Assembly: GCA_036377095.1 (NCBI GenBank)
Contig: DASUZC010000014.1
Coordinates: 2,544-66,543, forward strand
DNA: 64,000 nucleotides
Origin: Gemmatimonadaceae bacterium
GTDB taxonomy: Bacteria; Gemmatimonadota; Gemmatimonadetes; Gemmatimonadales; Gemmatimonadaceae
Direction: 5' to 3'
The notes beneath the pieces are model-generated. The model ran no database searches, had not been told where the DNA came from, and was given only the letters and a program-made list of their open reading frames with translations. Positions 1 through 9,937 of the stretch are shown here, piece after piece. The position numbers and the translations under genes are program-made. Each line of letters starts with the position of its first letter. The first letter of the stretch is position 1.

Positions 1-2
1 AA

Positions 3-599
3 ACCGACAGCAGCTTCCCCGCCAAACATATCCGGATGAAACGTGTCCTTCGACGGCGAGTCGCCGTAACACGGAGCAGATGGATCGCTCTGCTGCAGCT
101 GCGAGCGCGGACATGTAATCGCGCCCTTCACGTTTCCGAACGTTCCATGCAATCGCAGCGATAGAGTGGTGCCCGATGCCGGTCCGAGGGCGAAGTGATG
201 CGCATGCGAGACGGCGACACTGAACAGATTGGGCGTTGCCCGGGCGATTGTCACAGGAGGTAAGTAAGCCGCTTCGAGTGCGAAGCCGAACGGGCCGCCG
301 ATCGTAATACGCGGCCTGCCAAACACCGGCGACAGCGATGTGTGCTCGCTCTTCTGTGTGAAGCAGGCGCCTGTCTGCTCTATCGAAGGATCCGGCTTGG
401 GAATGTATTCGCCCTCACCACCAATTCTGATACTCCCGGCCGACATTACTTCCGGGGCCGTCGCCATCGAAAAGACGATTGGAGCGGTGTAAAACGCCAG
501 CAGTTTGCCTTCGTTGCTTCTGCTATCAACCTTGCATTGCGCGCCTGCATTCGCTCGAGCGAATGCAGCCACCGCAAAAATCAACAAGCCTCGCCGCAT
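3..599 (-). CDS. Secreted/outer-membrane hypothetical protein, 3' end truncated by window edge
   Basis: Hand translation: GAGGAG SD, then ATG at 599, MRRGLLIFAVAAFARANAGAQCKVDSRSNEGKLLAFYTAP...; signal peptide; frame open to the window start; absent from the ORF track. Confidence 0.75.
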   Translation of the reverse strand, partial: MRRGLLIFAVAAFARANAGAQCKVDSRSNEGKLLAFYTAPIVFSMATAPEVMSAGSIRIGGEGEYIPKPDPSIEQTGACFTQKSEHTSLSPVFGRPRITIGGPFGFALEAAYLPPVTIARATPNLFSVAVSHAHHFALGPASGTTLSLRLHGTFGNVKGAITCPRSQLQQSDPSAPCYGDSPSKDTFHPDMFGGEAAVG

Positions 600-741
600 C
601 TATGATCTCCTCAGACAAACCTGTGGGGGCGGCCAAACCTAGACTGCAACGCTCCCCTTGCGGGATGATACACCGGTGAGCGGGAACATTGGCCACGTCA
701 ATGTATCCGCCGACAAGGTGAACGCTCGACAGCGTACTTGA

Positions 742-1695
742 TCACCTATGTGTAGCAACTGACGCGCTCCTGACAGATCGCGCGTACGTGCGCTGCATGC
801 ACTCGGAATAAAACTCCGGATGCTCACGATAGGCACTCCACGAGTGGTTCATACGCATCATCTCGCGATCGTATTCCGAAAACACGATTAGCTTCTCCTG
901 GCGCTGAACGCTCGTGCGATTCGGTGCGCGCGTAGCTAGAGCGTATCCGATGTAATATCTCCCGCTCCATCCATTCGCTCGCAGCAGGCCCTCCACCAGC
1001 TTTCCGGCCATCCGATGGTCGTAGTGATCGTGCGGATTGATGCGCACGCTTGGATCTGTCGTGTGCAACACCATCTCGACAGCGCTGCTCGAGTCTGTCG
1101 CCTGACCTACGAGCGCGCCTACTGTGACTCGTAGATCCTGCCAGTCAGTGTAGCGCGTACTACCATCCACGGTGGTGATGGCCGCAATTCGATCGGTGCG
1201 CAGTTTCCGCAAACTCTCGAATCGATTTCGCCGGAAGCCGGCGCCATTGCGATTTCCATCGGGAAGTCGCAGGAAATAGGAAACGCTCAGACCCAGTGTA
1301 CAGCGCGCGATCGCGTGTGCTGCCACCTGCGCTGTGTCGCAGCGTGCGATTGTCTCGGGCGCAGCCCCAAGAGCAACGCGGGTTGACTGCAATGCGGCGT
1401 ACTCGCGCTGCTGCCAGTAAACAGAATCTCGTCCGTGATCGCCGGCGGTGAGGTAAATGAAGACCGGCCGCCGGCCCGACTTAACCCGCTCCACGACGGC
1501 GTCGCCCATAAATACCTGCCAATCATCCGCGTGGGCGACTACAACTACATCAACGCCGCTTGGGTTTGATAGTTGTCTAACTACGCTCCTTGATTGGGCT
1601 GATATCTGAGCGTGAGGCAGCATAGCCAGGACGAGCGGCGCGAGTTTTCTCGCTGTAGAGAGTACAGCAGCAGATAGTGGATCTGTATTGAGCAT
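742..1695 (-). CDS. PIG-L/LmbE family deacetylase, probably exported
   Basis: VVAHADD, YLTAGD, LPDG and HxDH motifs. The track start at 1728 lies inside the yceI terminator, so 1695 or later is preferred. Confidence 0.85.
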   Translation of the reverse strand: MLNTDPLSAAVLSTARKLAPLVLAMLPHAQISAQSRSVVRQLSNPSGVDVVVVAHADDWQVFMGDAVVERVKSGRRPVFIYLTAGDHGRDSVYWQQREYAALQSTRVALGAAPETIARCDTAQVAAHAIARCTLGLSVSYFLRLPDGNRNGAGFRRNRFESLRKLRTDRIAAITTVDGSTRYTDWQDLRVTVGALVGQATDSSSAVEMVLHTTDPSVRINPHDHYDHRMAGKLVEGLLRANGWSGRYYIGYALATRAPNRTSVQRQEKLIVFSEYDREMMRMNHSWSAYREHPEFYSECMQRTYARSVRSASVATHR

Positions 1696-1702
1696 AGATA
1701 TC

Positions 1703-1737
1703 AAAATACAAACGGGCGCATTGCCCATGCGCCCGTT
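1703..1737 (-). terminator. Intrinsic terminator of the yceI-like gene
   Basis: Perfect stem AACGGGCGCA/TGCGCCCGTT (1711-1737) followed by a T-rich tail on the minus strand. Confidence 0.8.
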
Positions 1738-1771
1738 CGAGTAAGTTAGATAACTATTTATCTCGTCTAGC

Positions 1772-2335
1772 TTAGCCCTGCTTTATTGCTTCGACCTCGA
1801 GCTGAATCTTGATGTCATTGCTGACTGTCAGACCCCCGCTCTCAAGTATCACGTTCCAGGTAAGTCCGAAATCGCGGCGGTCGAGCTTACCGGTAGCGCT
1901 GAAGCCAATGCGCTCCCCACCCCACGGATCCTTGGTCTGACCCTCGAACGTCACGTCGAGCGTGATCGGCCGGGTTATGTCGCGAATCGTGAGATCGCCG
2001 GTGAGCTTGAAGTTTTGCTCGTCGCCCTGAATGTCAGTGCTGCGGAACTTGATGAGCGGAAACTTTTCCACATCGAGGAAATCACCAGACCGCAGGTGCT
2101 GATCGCGCTGCTCGATGCGCGTATCGAGGGTCGCGGCATTCATTGTCACCTCGACTGATGAGTTAAATGGCTTCTTCTCATCGACGTAAATAACACCATC
2201 CACATCAGAGATCCGGCCTTTCACGGTCGAAATCATCAGGTGCTTCGCGGAGAACTCGACCAAAGTGTGCGCTGGATCGAGCTTCCATACGGTCTTTGCC
2301 CCGGTCGGAGCGGTTTGTACTGCTGTCATGATCAT
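1772..2335 (-). CDS. YceI family lipid/polyisoprenoid-binding protein
   Basis: WKLDPAHT, RDQHLRSGDFLD, GDLTIR, LDRRDFG motifs. Confidence 0.93.
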   Translation of the reverse strand: MIMTAVQTAPTGAKTVWKLDPAHTLVEFSAKHLMISTVKGRISDVDGVIYVDEKKPFNSSVEVTMNAATLDTRIEQRDQHLRSGDFLDVEKFPLIKFRSTDIQGDEQNFKLTGDLTIRDITRPITLDVTFEGQTKDPWGGERIGFSATGKLDRRDFGLTWNVILESGGLTVSNDIKIQLEVEAIKQG

Positions 2336-2397
2336 CCCCTCTTTGTCCAGTTGAGCCAGGCGAAGGCGCCCGAGCCATTGCTTATTATTAGTATGCT

Positions 2398-2426
2398 AGT
2401 ATATTATAGTAAGTTCCTTGTGTCAA
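2398..2426 (-). promoter_or_regulatory. Sigma70 promoter of the yceI-like gene, divergent from the hxlR-like gene
   Basis: Minus strand TTGACA-17 nt-TATACT in an AT-rich intergenic region. Confidence 0.8.
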
Positions 2427-2451
2427 GGCCCAGAAGCTATAACTTCGATAT

Positions 2452-2853
2452 ATGTCAGAATATCCCCACCCAGCTGTTTCCCAGGTTTGTTCGCGGTTCC
2501 ACCGAGCTATCGAGCTCATCGGTAGCCGCTGGACGGGGGCTATCCTGAGCACTTTGCTCCAAGGTCCTACCCGCTACGCTTCAATTAAGGCCGCAATTCC
2601 CGACATTACCGATCGCATGCTCTCCGAGCGACTACGCTCGCTCGAAGCCGAGGATCTGGTCGTTCGGGCTGTCATCCCCGATACTCCCGTCCGGGTCGAG
2701 TACGAGCTGACAAAAAAGGGCCGCGAGCTTCAGGACGCATTACGCGAGATCGGCAATTGGGCCGAGCGCTGGATTCCACTCGACGACGTCGAGACTAAGC
2801 GGGCCAGCGGGTCGCGATCCGCAGCGACCACTCATCGCCGAGCCAAGGTTTAA
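2452..2853 (+). CDS. HxlR/DUF24 (MarR-like) winged-helix regulator
   Basis: N-terminal Cys, LIGSRW, ITDRMLSERLRSLE, PVRVEYELT. Confidence 0.93.
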   Translation: MSEYPHPAVSQVCSRFHRAIELIGSRWTGAILSTLLQGPTRYASIKAAIPDITDRMLSERLRSLEAEDLVVRAVIPDTPVRVEYELTKKGRELQDALREIGNWAERWIPLDDVETKRASGSRSAATTHRRAKV

Positions 2854-2869
2854 ACCGATAACTGAACGC

Positions 2870-2904
2870 GAGACGCTGAATTAATTTCAGCGTCTCTTTT
2901 TTTT
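2870..2904 (+). terminator. Intrinsic terminator
   Basis: GAGACGCTGAA-ttaat-TTCAGCGTCTC followed by 8 T. Confidence 0.9.
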
Positions 2905-2956
2905 CGCGCCCAACACACCGCCCACCTTGAAGACGCTTCAAGTCGGAGAAATCTGA

Positions 2957-5206
2957 ATGCGCGCGCTGCTGATCTCTGTTCTTGCTTCCGCTGCCGGTCT
3001 GGCTCTCACTCCCCTCCCTGCAGCCGACACATCACTGCGCGGTTTCTTTCCGCAATCCGTGCAGGCAGAACGCGATTTGGAAGCCCGGTTCAAGACAATG
3101 CCGGACCCTGCGCGCATGAGAGCAGCGATGCAACGCCTCAGCGCGAGGCCGCATCACGTTGGGTCACCGTACGACAAAGACAATGCGGAGTGGATCCTCA
3201 ACGAGTTCAAGTCGTACGGATGGGATGCGCAGATCGAGAACTTTGACGTCCTTTTTCCGACACCCGTCGAACGAATCGTCGAGCTTGTAGCGCCGACGCA
3301 GTTCAGGGCATCGCTTCAGGAGACAGCGCTTCCCCTCGATCCGACATCGAACCAGCAAGCCGAGCAGCTTCCCTCCTACAATGCTTACTCTGTCGATGGT
3401 GATGTCACCGGTCCCCTTGTATTCGTTAACTACGGAGTGCCAGCGGATTACGAACAGCTCGAGCAGCGTGGGATCTCGGTCAAGGGCGCGATCGTCATTG
3501 CGAAATACGGTGGATCGTGGCGCGGTATCAAACCCAAGGTCGCCGCGGAGCATGGGGCAATTGGCTGCCTGATTTACTCCGATCCTCGCGACGACGGATT
3601 TGCCGGCGGGGATGTTTTCCCTGCCGGACCGATGCGTCCTGCTCAGGGTGTACAACGGGGGTCGGTTGCCGACATGCCAACATATCCTGGTGATCCACTT
3701 ACACCCGGAGTCGGTGCCACCAAATCCGCCAAGCGCTTGAGCGTCGCACAGGCGGCGACCATCACCAAAATTCCGGTTCTTCCCATCTCGTACGGTGATG
3801 CGCAGCCGTTGCTCGCGGCACTCGGTGGTCCGCTCGCCCCGGGTTCCTGGCGGGGCGGATTACCAATCACTTATCGACTTGGTCCCGGTCCGGCACGCGT
3901 ACACTTGCGCGTCAAATCCGATTGGAACCTCAAGACTCTCTACGATGTGATTGCCAGACTCCCCGGTACTACCGAAGCAGGCCAGTGGATCATCCGTGGC
4001 AATCATCACGACGCCTGGGTGAATGGTGCACAGGATCCGATCTCAGGTCTCGTCGCCGAGCTCGAGGAAGCACGGGCGCTCGGGACGCTGTACAAACAGG
4101 GCTGGCGTCCTAAGCGCACAATCATGTACGCCGCATGGGATGGCGAAGAGCCGGGACTCCTTGGGTCCACGGAATGGGTCGAAGCGCACGCCGACGAGCT
4201 GAAAGCGCATGCTGTGGCGTACCTCAATAGTGACACCAACAGTCGAGGATATCTCGATATAGATGGATCGCACTCGCTGGAGAAGTTCATGAATGGCGTC
4301 GCAATGGATGTGGAAGATCCCGAGTCCGGCGTCAGTTCATGGAGGCGTGTGCAAGCCGCGCGTATTCTCAACGGCTCGCCTGAAGCTAGGAAAGATGCCC
4401 GTGAGCGAGACGATCTTCGCATTGGCGCACTGGGGTCGGGCTCTGATTATTCGCCTTTCCTCGATCACCTCGGTGTTGCATCAATCAACATCGGCTACGA
4501 TGGTGAGGACGATGGTGGGATATATCACTCGATCTACGACGACTTCTACTGGTTCACCCACTTCAGTGATTCTGCTTTTGTCTACGAGAAAGCCCTCGCG
4601 CAAGTAGGCGGACTCACCGTACTGCGTCTCGCGAATGCCGATCTGCTGCCGTTCGGCTTCAATAATCTCGCTGAGACTGTCCAGACCTATGTGAAGGATC
4701 TGCAATCACTGCGCGACCATCGTGCGGAGCAAATCGCCGACCGGAATCGTGCGATCGACGAAGGTGTCTACAAATTCACCAGCGATCCCCGCGATCCGGT
4801 TACGGCGCCACAGCGTCAGCAGCCTGCACCTCAGCTCAATTTCGCTCCGTTACTCAATGCGCTCGATTCGCTCAAGAACGCTGCTTCCCGATACGATAAG
4901 GCGTACGCCAGCGCCATCAGTGCGGGCCGCTCCGGAGTCGCAAAGAGTGTGAATGAGCGACTGATCCAGGCCGAGCGTGCGTTGACGTCGACGGAAGGTC
5001 TGAAGAACAGACCGTGGTATGTGCACATGCTCTATGCGCCAGGTTTCTACACCGGCTACGGTGTGAAAACCATACCGGGTGTTCGCGAGGCGATCGAGCA
5101 GGGACAATGGCAGGATGCGGATCGAGAGATCACACGCGCTGCCGCTGCTATCGAGCGCGAAGCCGCGCTCATTGGCGGTCTCGCTTCGACGCTCGGTGGG
5201 AATTAA
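2957..5206 (+). CDS. M28 glutamate carboxypeptidase II-like peptidase (PA and transferrin-receptor dimerisation domains)
   Basis: Signal peptide; NHHDAW, DPISG, WDGEE, GSGSDY and YHSIYD Zn-site motifs; PGDPLTPG. Confidence 0.93.
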   Translation: MRALLISVLASAAGLALTPLPAADTSLRGFFPQSVQAERDLEARFKTMPDPARMRAAMQRLSARPHHVGSPYDKDNAEWILNEFKSYGWDAQIENFDVLFPTPVERIVELVAPTQFRASLQETALPLDPTSNQQAEQLPSYNAYSVDGDVTGPLVFVNYGVPADYEQLEQRGISVKGAIVIAKYGGSWRGIKPKVAAEHGAIGCLIYSDPRDDGFAGGDVFPAGPMRPAQGVQRGSVADMPTYPGDPLTPGVGATKSAKRLSVAQAATITKIPVLPISYGDAQPLLAALGGPLAPGSWRGGLPITYRLGPGPARVHLRVKSDWNLKTLYDVIARLPGTTEAGQWIIRGNHHDAWVNGAQDPISGLVAELEEARALGTLYKQGWRPKRTIMYAAWDGEEPGLLGSTEWVEAHADELKAHAVAYLNSDTNSRGYLDIDGSHSLEKFMNGVAMDVEDPESGVSSWRRVQAARILNGSPEARKDARERDDLRIGALGSGSDYSPFLDHLGVASINIGYDGEDDGGIYHSIYDDFYWFTHFSDSAFVYEKALAQVGGLTVLRLANADLLPFGFNNLAETVQTYVKDLQSLRDHRAEQIADRNRAIDEGVYKFTSDPRDPVTAPQRQQPAPQLNFAPLLNALDSLKNAASRYDKAYASAISAGRSGVAKSVNERLIQAERALTSTEGLKNRPWYVHMLYAPGFYTGYGVKTIPGVREAIEQGQWQDADREITRAAAAIEREAALIGGLASTLGGN

Positions 5207-5239
5207 TCGAGGCCGAACATTCGCGAGCTGAGCTAGGTG

Positions 5240-5274
5240 AAAAAAGAAACGGCAGCCAACTCGGCTGCCGTTTC
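5240..5274. terminator. Bidirectional terminator between the M28 gene and tRNA-Phe
   Basis: GAAACGGCAGCC-aactc-GGCTGCCGTTTC with a flanking A-run. Confidence 0.85.
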
Positions 5275-5291
5275 GTATTCACATTCATATA

Positions 5292-5364
<73 letters not shown>

Positions 5365-5463
5365 CAACCACCGGACTCAACATCCGGATCAACAATTAAA
5401 ACTCATGGGTGTTTGTAAGCAACCGGCTTCGACGGGTGCCAGTCGGGGTGTGCCGATTGATTG

Positions 5464-5868
5464 CTACTGGCGAGATGGCGGCTTGCCGTGGACTGCGGTA
5501 ATCACCGACTTGATTCCGCCACGAACATTGAAATCCCCCACCACGCGCATCCATTTCGGTGAGGCACTTGCTACCAGATCGTCGAGAATCCGGTTGACGG
5601 CCCGCTCGTAAAAAATCCCGTCGTTGCGAAAGCTCCACAGATAGAGCTTGAGACTCTTGAGCTCGAGGCATTTTTTTGCCGGCACGTAAGTGATTCTAAT
5701 TGTGCCAAAATCCGGCGCCCCTCCCTTGAGCAGCGCGAGCTCTTCGGCGTCGCTCTCGATCCCACCGACCGGACAGAGCGACGTGAACTCCGAGCAGTCC
5801 ATGTGGATCTCGTAGTCACGGTCTGCGTATGGATTGTCAAAGGTTTCGAGCAGTTCAGGCTTGGGCAT
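5464..5868 (-). CDS. queF: NADPH-dependent 7-cyano-7-deazaguanine reductase (type I QueF)
   Basis: EFTSLCP...PDFG, ELKSLKLYL QueF motif, F.VRGG; start MPKPELLETF. Confidence 0.92.
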   Translation of the reverse strand: MPKPELLETFDNPYADRDYEIHMDCSEFTSLCPVGGIESDAEELALLKGGAPDFGTIRITYVPAKKCLELKSLKLYLWSFRNDGIFYERAVNRILDDLVASASPKWMRVVGDFNVRGGIKSVITAVHGKPPSRQ

Positions 5869-5992
5869 TGAGGAAGGATGCATTGATCGCAGGCGCTGAT
5901 CAATTATGCCACAGGCGCTTCGTCAGCAATCCTCAATTAGTCCGCGATTATCAATGCCGTTGGTCCGAAAGCCTCAGTCCTTCTGGAAGCGT

Positions 5993-6901
5993 CTAGTCCT
6001 CTTCCTGGTCCCTAAGCCGCCGCGACATTTCTTCGAGCAGCCGCCGCTCGTCTCGCGTCAGACTTTCAATGCCGTGCTGCGAGATCTTATCCAGCACCCG
6101 GTTTACCCTCGCGGCGTACTCCTTCGGCGACTCCTGCTTCGGAACATGCTGAATTGGCTTGCTCTCCCGCAGCACGATCGCATTGCTGCGCGCGATTACT
6201 TCGTCGACGCCGCCGGCCCGATCACGCATTGGCGACCTGTTGCGCGGAACGGCGCGGGGCATGTCTTCTGAGTCATCCGGCACCGCCGACACCCAGCCTC
6301 GTACACGATTGATTCCACCGACTGAATACAGCTTGAGGAAAATCCAGCCGAAAGCCATTCCGCCAACGTGCGCCGTCCAATCGATGCGCGAGCTAGGCGA
6401 CAGCGCGAAGATGATGTTCATTGCGAGAAGTGCCACCACCAGCCAGCGCGATCTCATCGGAATTACGCCGAAGAGGTAAACCTCTTCGTCCGGCCAGCGC
6501 AGCGCATATGCGACCAGTACGCCGCTGATTGCGCCGGACGCGCCGATAACCGATGTGTGCTGCGCGAAAAGCAGGTGCGCGATCGCGCCACCGAGTCCCG
6601 ACCACAGATAGAAGCGAACGAAGGTTCGCGTCCCCCACTCTTGCTCGAGGCGCGGGCCGAACATCCACAGCGTGAACATGTTGAACGCCAGGTGGGCAAG
6701 CCACGCGTGGACGAACATGTAAGTGACGACAGTCCACCAGTCGGCCGGGAAGCGAGCGGGATCGAGAGCGAGCGCCGAGTAGACGGCATCGGACCCGAAC
6801 AGCGTCAGCTGCAGGAAATAAACGCCGATATTCAGAGCAAGAAGCCACTGAACAGCGCGCGTTACGCGCGGAGAATCCGGAGTTTCGTACAGCTCGCTCA
6901 T
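5993..6901 (-). CDS. Rhomboid intramembrane serine protease with C-terminal DUF6576-like tail
   Basis: HLAFNM, GASG, AHVGG; tail VNRVLDKISQHGIESLT. Confidence 0.93.
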   Translation of the reverse strand: MSELYETPDSPRVTRAVQWLLALNIGVYFLQLTLFGSDAVYSALALDPARFPADWWTVVTYMFVHAWLAHLAFNMFTLWMFGPRLEQEWGTRTFVRFYLWSGLGGAIAHLLFAQHTSVIGASGAISGVLVAYALRWPDEEVYLFGVIPMRSRWLVVALLAMNIIFALSPSSRIDWTAHVGGMAFGWIFLKLYSVGGINRVRGWVSAVPDDSEDMPRAVPRNRSPMRDRAGGVDEVIARSNAIVLRESKPIQHVPKQESPKEYAARVNRVLDKISQHGIESLTRDERRLLEEMSRRLRDQEED

Positions 6902-6966
6902 TCCGACCTGCGCAAAAAGACTACAGTGTTTGAACCCACCGGCCCGTGATGGGTTCCCTCAGGAGG

Positions 6967-7965
6967 CTAGCCAAGAGCGAGTCTGACGATCCGCTCACAC
7001 AACTCTGGAAACTTGATTCCCATCGCCGCCGCCCCCTGTGGTATCAGACTGAGCTCTGTCATCCCAGGCAACGTGTTTGCCTCCAGGCAATAGAACTCGC
7101 CTTCGCTCGTGAGTCTGAAATCTATGCGCGCGTAACCACGCAGCTTGAGCGCCTTGAACGCGGCCTGCGCTTGCTGCTGAACCTTTTCGGTCGCCTCGGG
7201 CGAAAGCTTTGCCGGGAATTCCTCGGTCGCCATTCCTGCCGTGTACTTGCACTCGTAGTCGTAGATCTCGTGCTTCGGAAGAATCTCGCCGACTGGCAGT
7301 GCGATTTCACCCAGAATCCCAACGGTCAGTTCGCGACCGGGGATGAACCGCTCGATCATGACTTCGTCGTCATACTTGCCCGCTTCCTCGATCGCCGGAG
7401 CAAGATCCTCGCGCTTCTTCACCAGTGTCAGTCCAACAGTGGAGCCTTGCTTCGACGGCTTCACCACTACCGGCAGGCTCAGTATCCCTTCGACTTGCTC
7501 GACGGTGACAGGGGCCATCAGCCATTCCGCGGTTTTCACTTCCGCTACGGTGAACAGCTTTTTCGAAAGATCCTTGTCCATTGCCAGCGCGCTGGATAGG
7601 TGACCACTTCCCGTGTACTTCACATTTGCCATGTCCAGTAGCGCCTGGATAGTACCGTCCTCCCCTTGGCCTCCGTGAAGCGCGAGAAACGCGACGTCAG
7701 CGTCCCTTATTTCTTTCATCGACGTCAGGTTCGGGAGAAACGCACCTTCGGCAAACTTCGAGAGCGCTTCCAGCGAAGGTGGTTCGGTGCCAACCTTGCC
7801 CGTCGCAAGCGCCTTTTCTTCACTCGCGCTGATTACTCCCTTCGCGGGGTCAAGTGACGTGACAGTGTGTCCGCGACTGCGCAGCGCTTCGACAATTCGT
7901 ATTCCCGAAGCGAGAGAGACGTTTCGCTCCGAGGAGGTGCCGCCCATCAGTACCGTTATTTTCAT
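6967..7965 (-). CDS. ddl: D-alanine--D-alanine ligase
   Basis: GGTSSERNVSL, LHGGQGEDG, GSTVG, YDYECKY, EANTLPG. Confidence 0.95.
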   Translation of the reverse strand: MKITVLMGGTSSERNVSLASGIRIVEALRSRGHTVTSLDPAKGVISASEEKALATGKVGTEPPSLEALSKFAEGAFLPNLTSMKEIRDADVAFLALHGGQGEDGTIQALLDMANVKYTGSGHLSSALAMDKDLSKKLFTVAEVKTAEWLMAPVTVEQVEGILSLPVVVKPSKQGSTVGLTLVKKREDLAPAIEEAGKYDDEVMIERFIPGRELTVGILGEIALPVGEILPKHEIYDYECKYTAGMATEEFPAKLSPEATEKVQQQAQAAFKALKLRGYARIDFRLTSEGEFYCLEANTLPGMTELSLIPQGAAAMGIKFPELCERIVRLALG

Positions 7966-7981
7966 TTTCGAGAAGATTTCG

Positions 7982-9376
7982 TTAGCGCGACATCATGAAG
8001 TGGAGCATATCCGAGCGTGTGACGATCCCCTGCACCACTCCGTGCTCCTGGACGAGTACCGCCGGATTTGCCTTTGACAGCAGTTTCACGACGCTGTCCA
8101 CCGGTTGATCCGATGCTACCATCGGGAACGGGGAATCCATGATCTCGCTGACTGGTGTGTCGAGCAGCTTCGGATTCTCCAGACTCTTCTGCGACAGCGA
8201 CCAGTCACTGACTGACCCGACACAGTTTGGCCCATCCATTACCGGCAGCTGTGACACATCGTGCAGCGCCATCAGACCAATTGCCTGACGAACGGTCGCG
8301 CCGGGAGCCACGCTCACGACCGCGGGAGCACCACCATTTTTTCTTCCCAGCACGGAATGGAGAGCAACTTTCGGCACATCGAGCATCTGGTTTTCGCGCA
8401 TCCACTCGTCGCTGTATAGCTTCGACAGATATCGCTCACCGGTGTCGCAAAGGATCGTGACGACCATTGCATTCGGATCATTTACCTCGCGCGCAACCTT
8501 GAGCGCGATGGATGTGATCAGCCCCGACGACCCGCCCACGAACAAACCTTCTTCGCGAGTGAGGCGGCGCGCCATCGCGAACGACTCCTTGTCGCTTACC
8601 GTGTAGTACTCGTCGATTACGCTCATATCGAGCGTACTGGGAAGCTTGTCCTGACCGATGCCTTCAACCTTGTAGGGCGTCCCCTCGATCTTGTTTTTGC
8701 CTTTGCTTCGCCAGTACTCGGCGAGGATCGAACCCGCCGGATCACCCGCGATTACCTTGACCGTGTTGTTTCGCTCCTTGAGGTAGCGACCGACACCCGT
8801 CAGTGTCCCGCCGGTGCCGGCTGATCCGATGAAATGGGTGATCTTTCCGTGGGTCTGCTCCCAGAGCTCCGGGCCGGTGGTCGCGTAGTGGGCATCCGGA
8901 TTTGCGTCGTTGTAGAACTGATCGGCAAGGATCGCATTGGGAGTTTCCTTCGCAATTCGCTTCGCCATCATCACGTAATTATCCGGATGATCGGGCGGCA
9001 CGGCCGTCGGCGTCACGATGACCTCGGCGCCGAATGCTTTCAGCAATCGCACTTTTTCCTGCGACATCTTGTCCGGCATGGTGAACACGCACTTGTAACC
9101 ACGCAGCGCTGCGGCGATTGCCAGACCTACACCGGTATTGCCGCTCGTTCCCTCGACGATTGTACCGCCCGGCTTGAGCTTACCCTCGCGTTCGGCGCGC
9201 TCGATGATCGGCAGACCGATTCGATCCTTCACCGATCCGCCGGGATTGAAGAACTCGGCCTTTGCGTACACGGGTGTGCGGATGCCGCGGGTCACCGCGT
9301 TCAACCGGATTAACGGCGTCCAGCCAATGGTCTCGAGGACGTTGTCGTACGGCTCTCTGTTCCGTTCGTGCTTCAT
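7982..9376 (-). CDS. Cystathionine beta-synthase (PLP fold II plus CBS domain pair)
   Basis: NPGGSVKDR, TSGNTG, GTGGT, YKVEGIG; C-terminal CBS pair (VSQLPV...GIVTRSD). Confidence 0.9.
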   Translation of the reverse strand: MKHERNREPYDNVLETIGWTPLIRLNAVTRGIRTPVYAKAEFFNPGGSVKDRIGLPIIERAEREGKLKPGGTIVEGTSGNTGVGLAIAAALRGYKCVFTMPDKMSQEKVRLLKAFGAEVIVTPTAVPPDHPDNYVMMAKRIAKETPNAILADQFYNDANPDAHYATTGPELWEQTHGKITHFIGSAGTGGTLTGVGRYLKERNNTVKVIAGDPAGSILAEYWRSKGKNKIEGTPYKVEGIGQDKLPSTLDMSVIDEYYTVSDKESFAMARRLTREEGLFVGGSSGLITSIALKVAREVNDPNAMVVTILCDTGERYLSKLYSDEWMRENQMLDVPKVALHSVLGRKNGGAPAVVSVAPGATVRQAIGLMALHDVSQLPVMDGPNCVGSVSDWSLSQKSLENPKLLDTPVSEIMDSPFPMVASDQPVDSVVKLLSKANPAVLVQEHGVVQGIVTRSDMLHFMMSR

Positions 9377-9930
9377 TACCGCCGCGTTCGCTTCTTGGTA
9401 GTGGTCCGCGATTTGGTCGTCGAAGATTTCGACGTTGTGGCCTTGGCAGCTGCAACAGGCTTGGCCGTATCTGCCGCGGGGGCCGTGGCGGTCGGTGTGC
9501 TGCTCGCAGCAGTCGAATCCCGCTTGATTATGGAATCACCGGCTAGCGGCGGTGCGTCCGGATGTCTGAAATACACAGGCAGCAGGATCGACACAGGCAC
9601 CGGTTGACCCTGTGTCTTAGCGGGTTCGAACTTGAGCTCTCGAGATCCCTTCATTGCCGCCGAGTCGAGCGCTGTAAATCCCGAAGTCTCAGCAATACGT
9701 GTCGAATCGGGAATGATCGCACCTTCCCGGTCGATGAAAATCCGCAACGTGACGTTCCCTTGAACCTTTTGCGCATAAAGCGCCGGCGGATAACGGAACG
9801 GCAGCTCCTTGTTCAACATTACCGGTGCGACATCGGGTTGTCGCCCGACCGTCTGGAACGGCATTCCCGATCCTTCACCCTGCTTGCAGGCAGCAAAGCT
9901 CATTAGCAGCAGAGCGGCGGCCGTTCTCAT
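9376..9930 (-). CDS. TonB C-terminal domain protein, putative lipoprotein
   Basis: YPPAL...QGNVTL...SSG-like/LD.AA...FEPA motif; start MRTAAALLLMSFAAC. Confidence 0.85.
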   Translation of the reverse strand: MRTAAALLLMSFAACKQGEGSGMPFQTVGRQPDVAPVMLNKELPFRYPPALYAQKVQGNVTLRIFIDREGAIIPDSTRIAETSGFTALDSAAMKGSRELKFEPAKTQGQPVPVSILLPVYFRHPDAPPLAGDSIIKRDSTAASSTPTATAPAADTAKPVAAAKATTSKSSTTKSRTTTKKRTRR

Positions 9931-9937
9931 CCACACC

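Noticed and set aside
5869-5992. Possible preQ1 riboswitch upstream of queF
   Set aside because: No recognisable preQ1 stem with an A-rich 3' tail; only a short TTGATC/GATCAA hairpin.
6967-7965. VanA-type D-Ala-D-Lac ligase
   Set aside because: The omega loop YECKY is of the D-Ala-D-Ala type, and there are no vanH or vanX neighbours.
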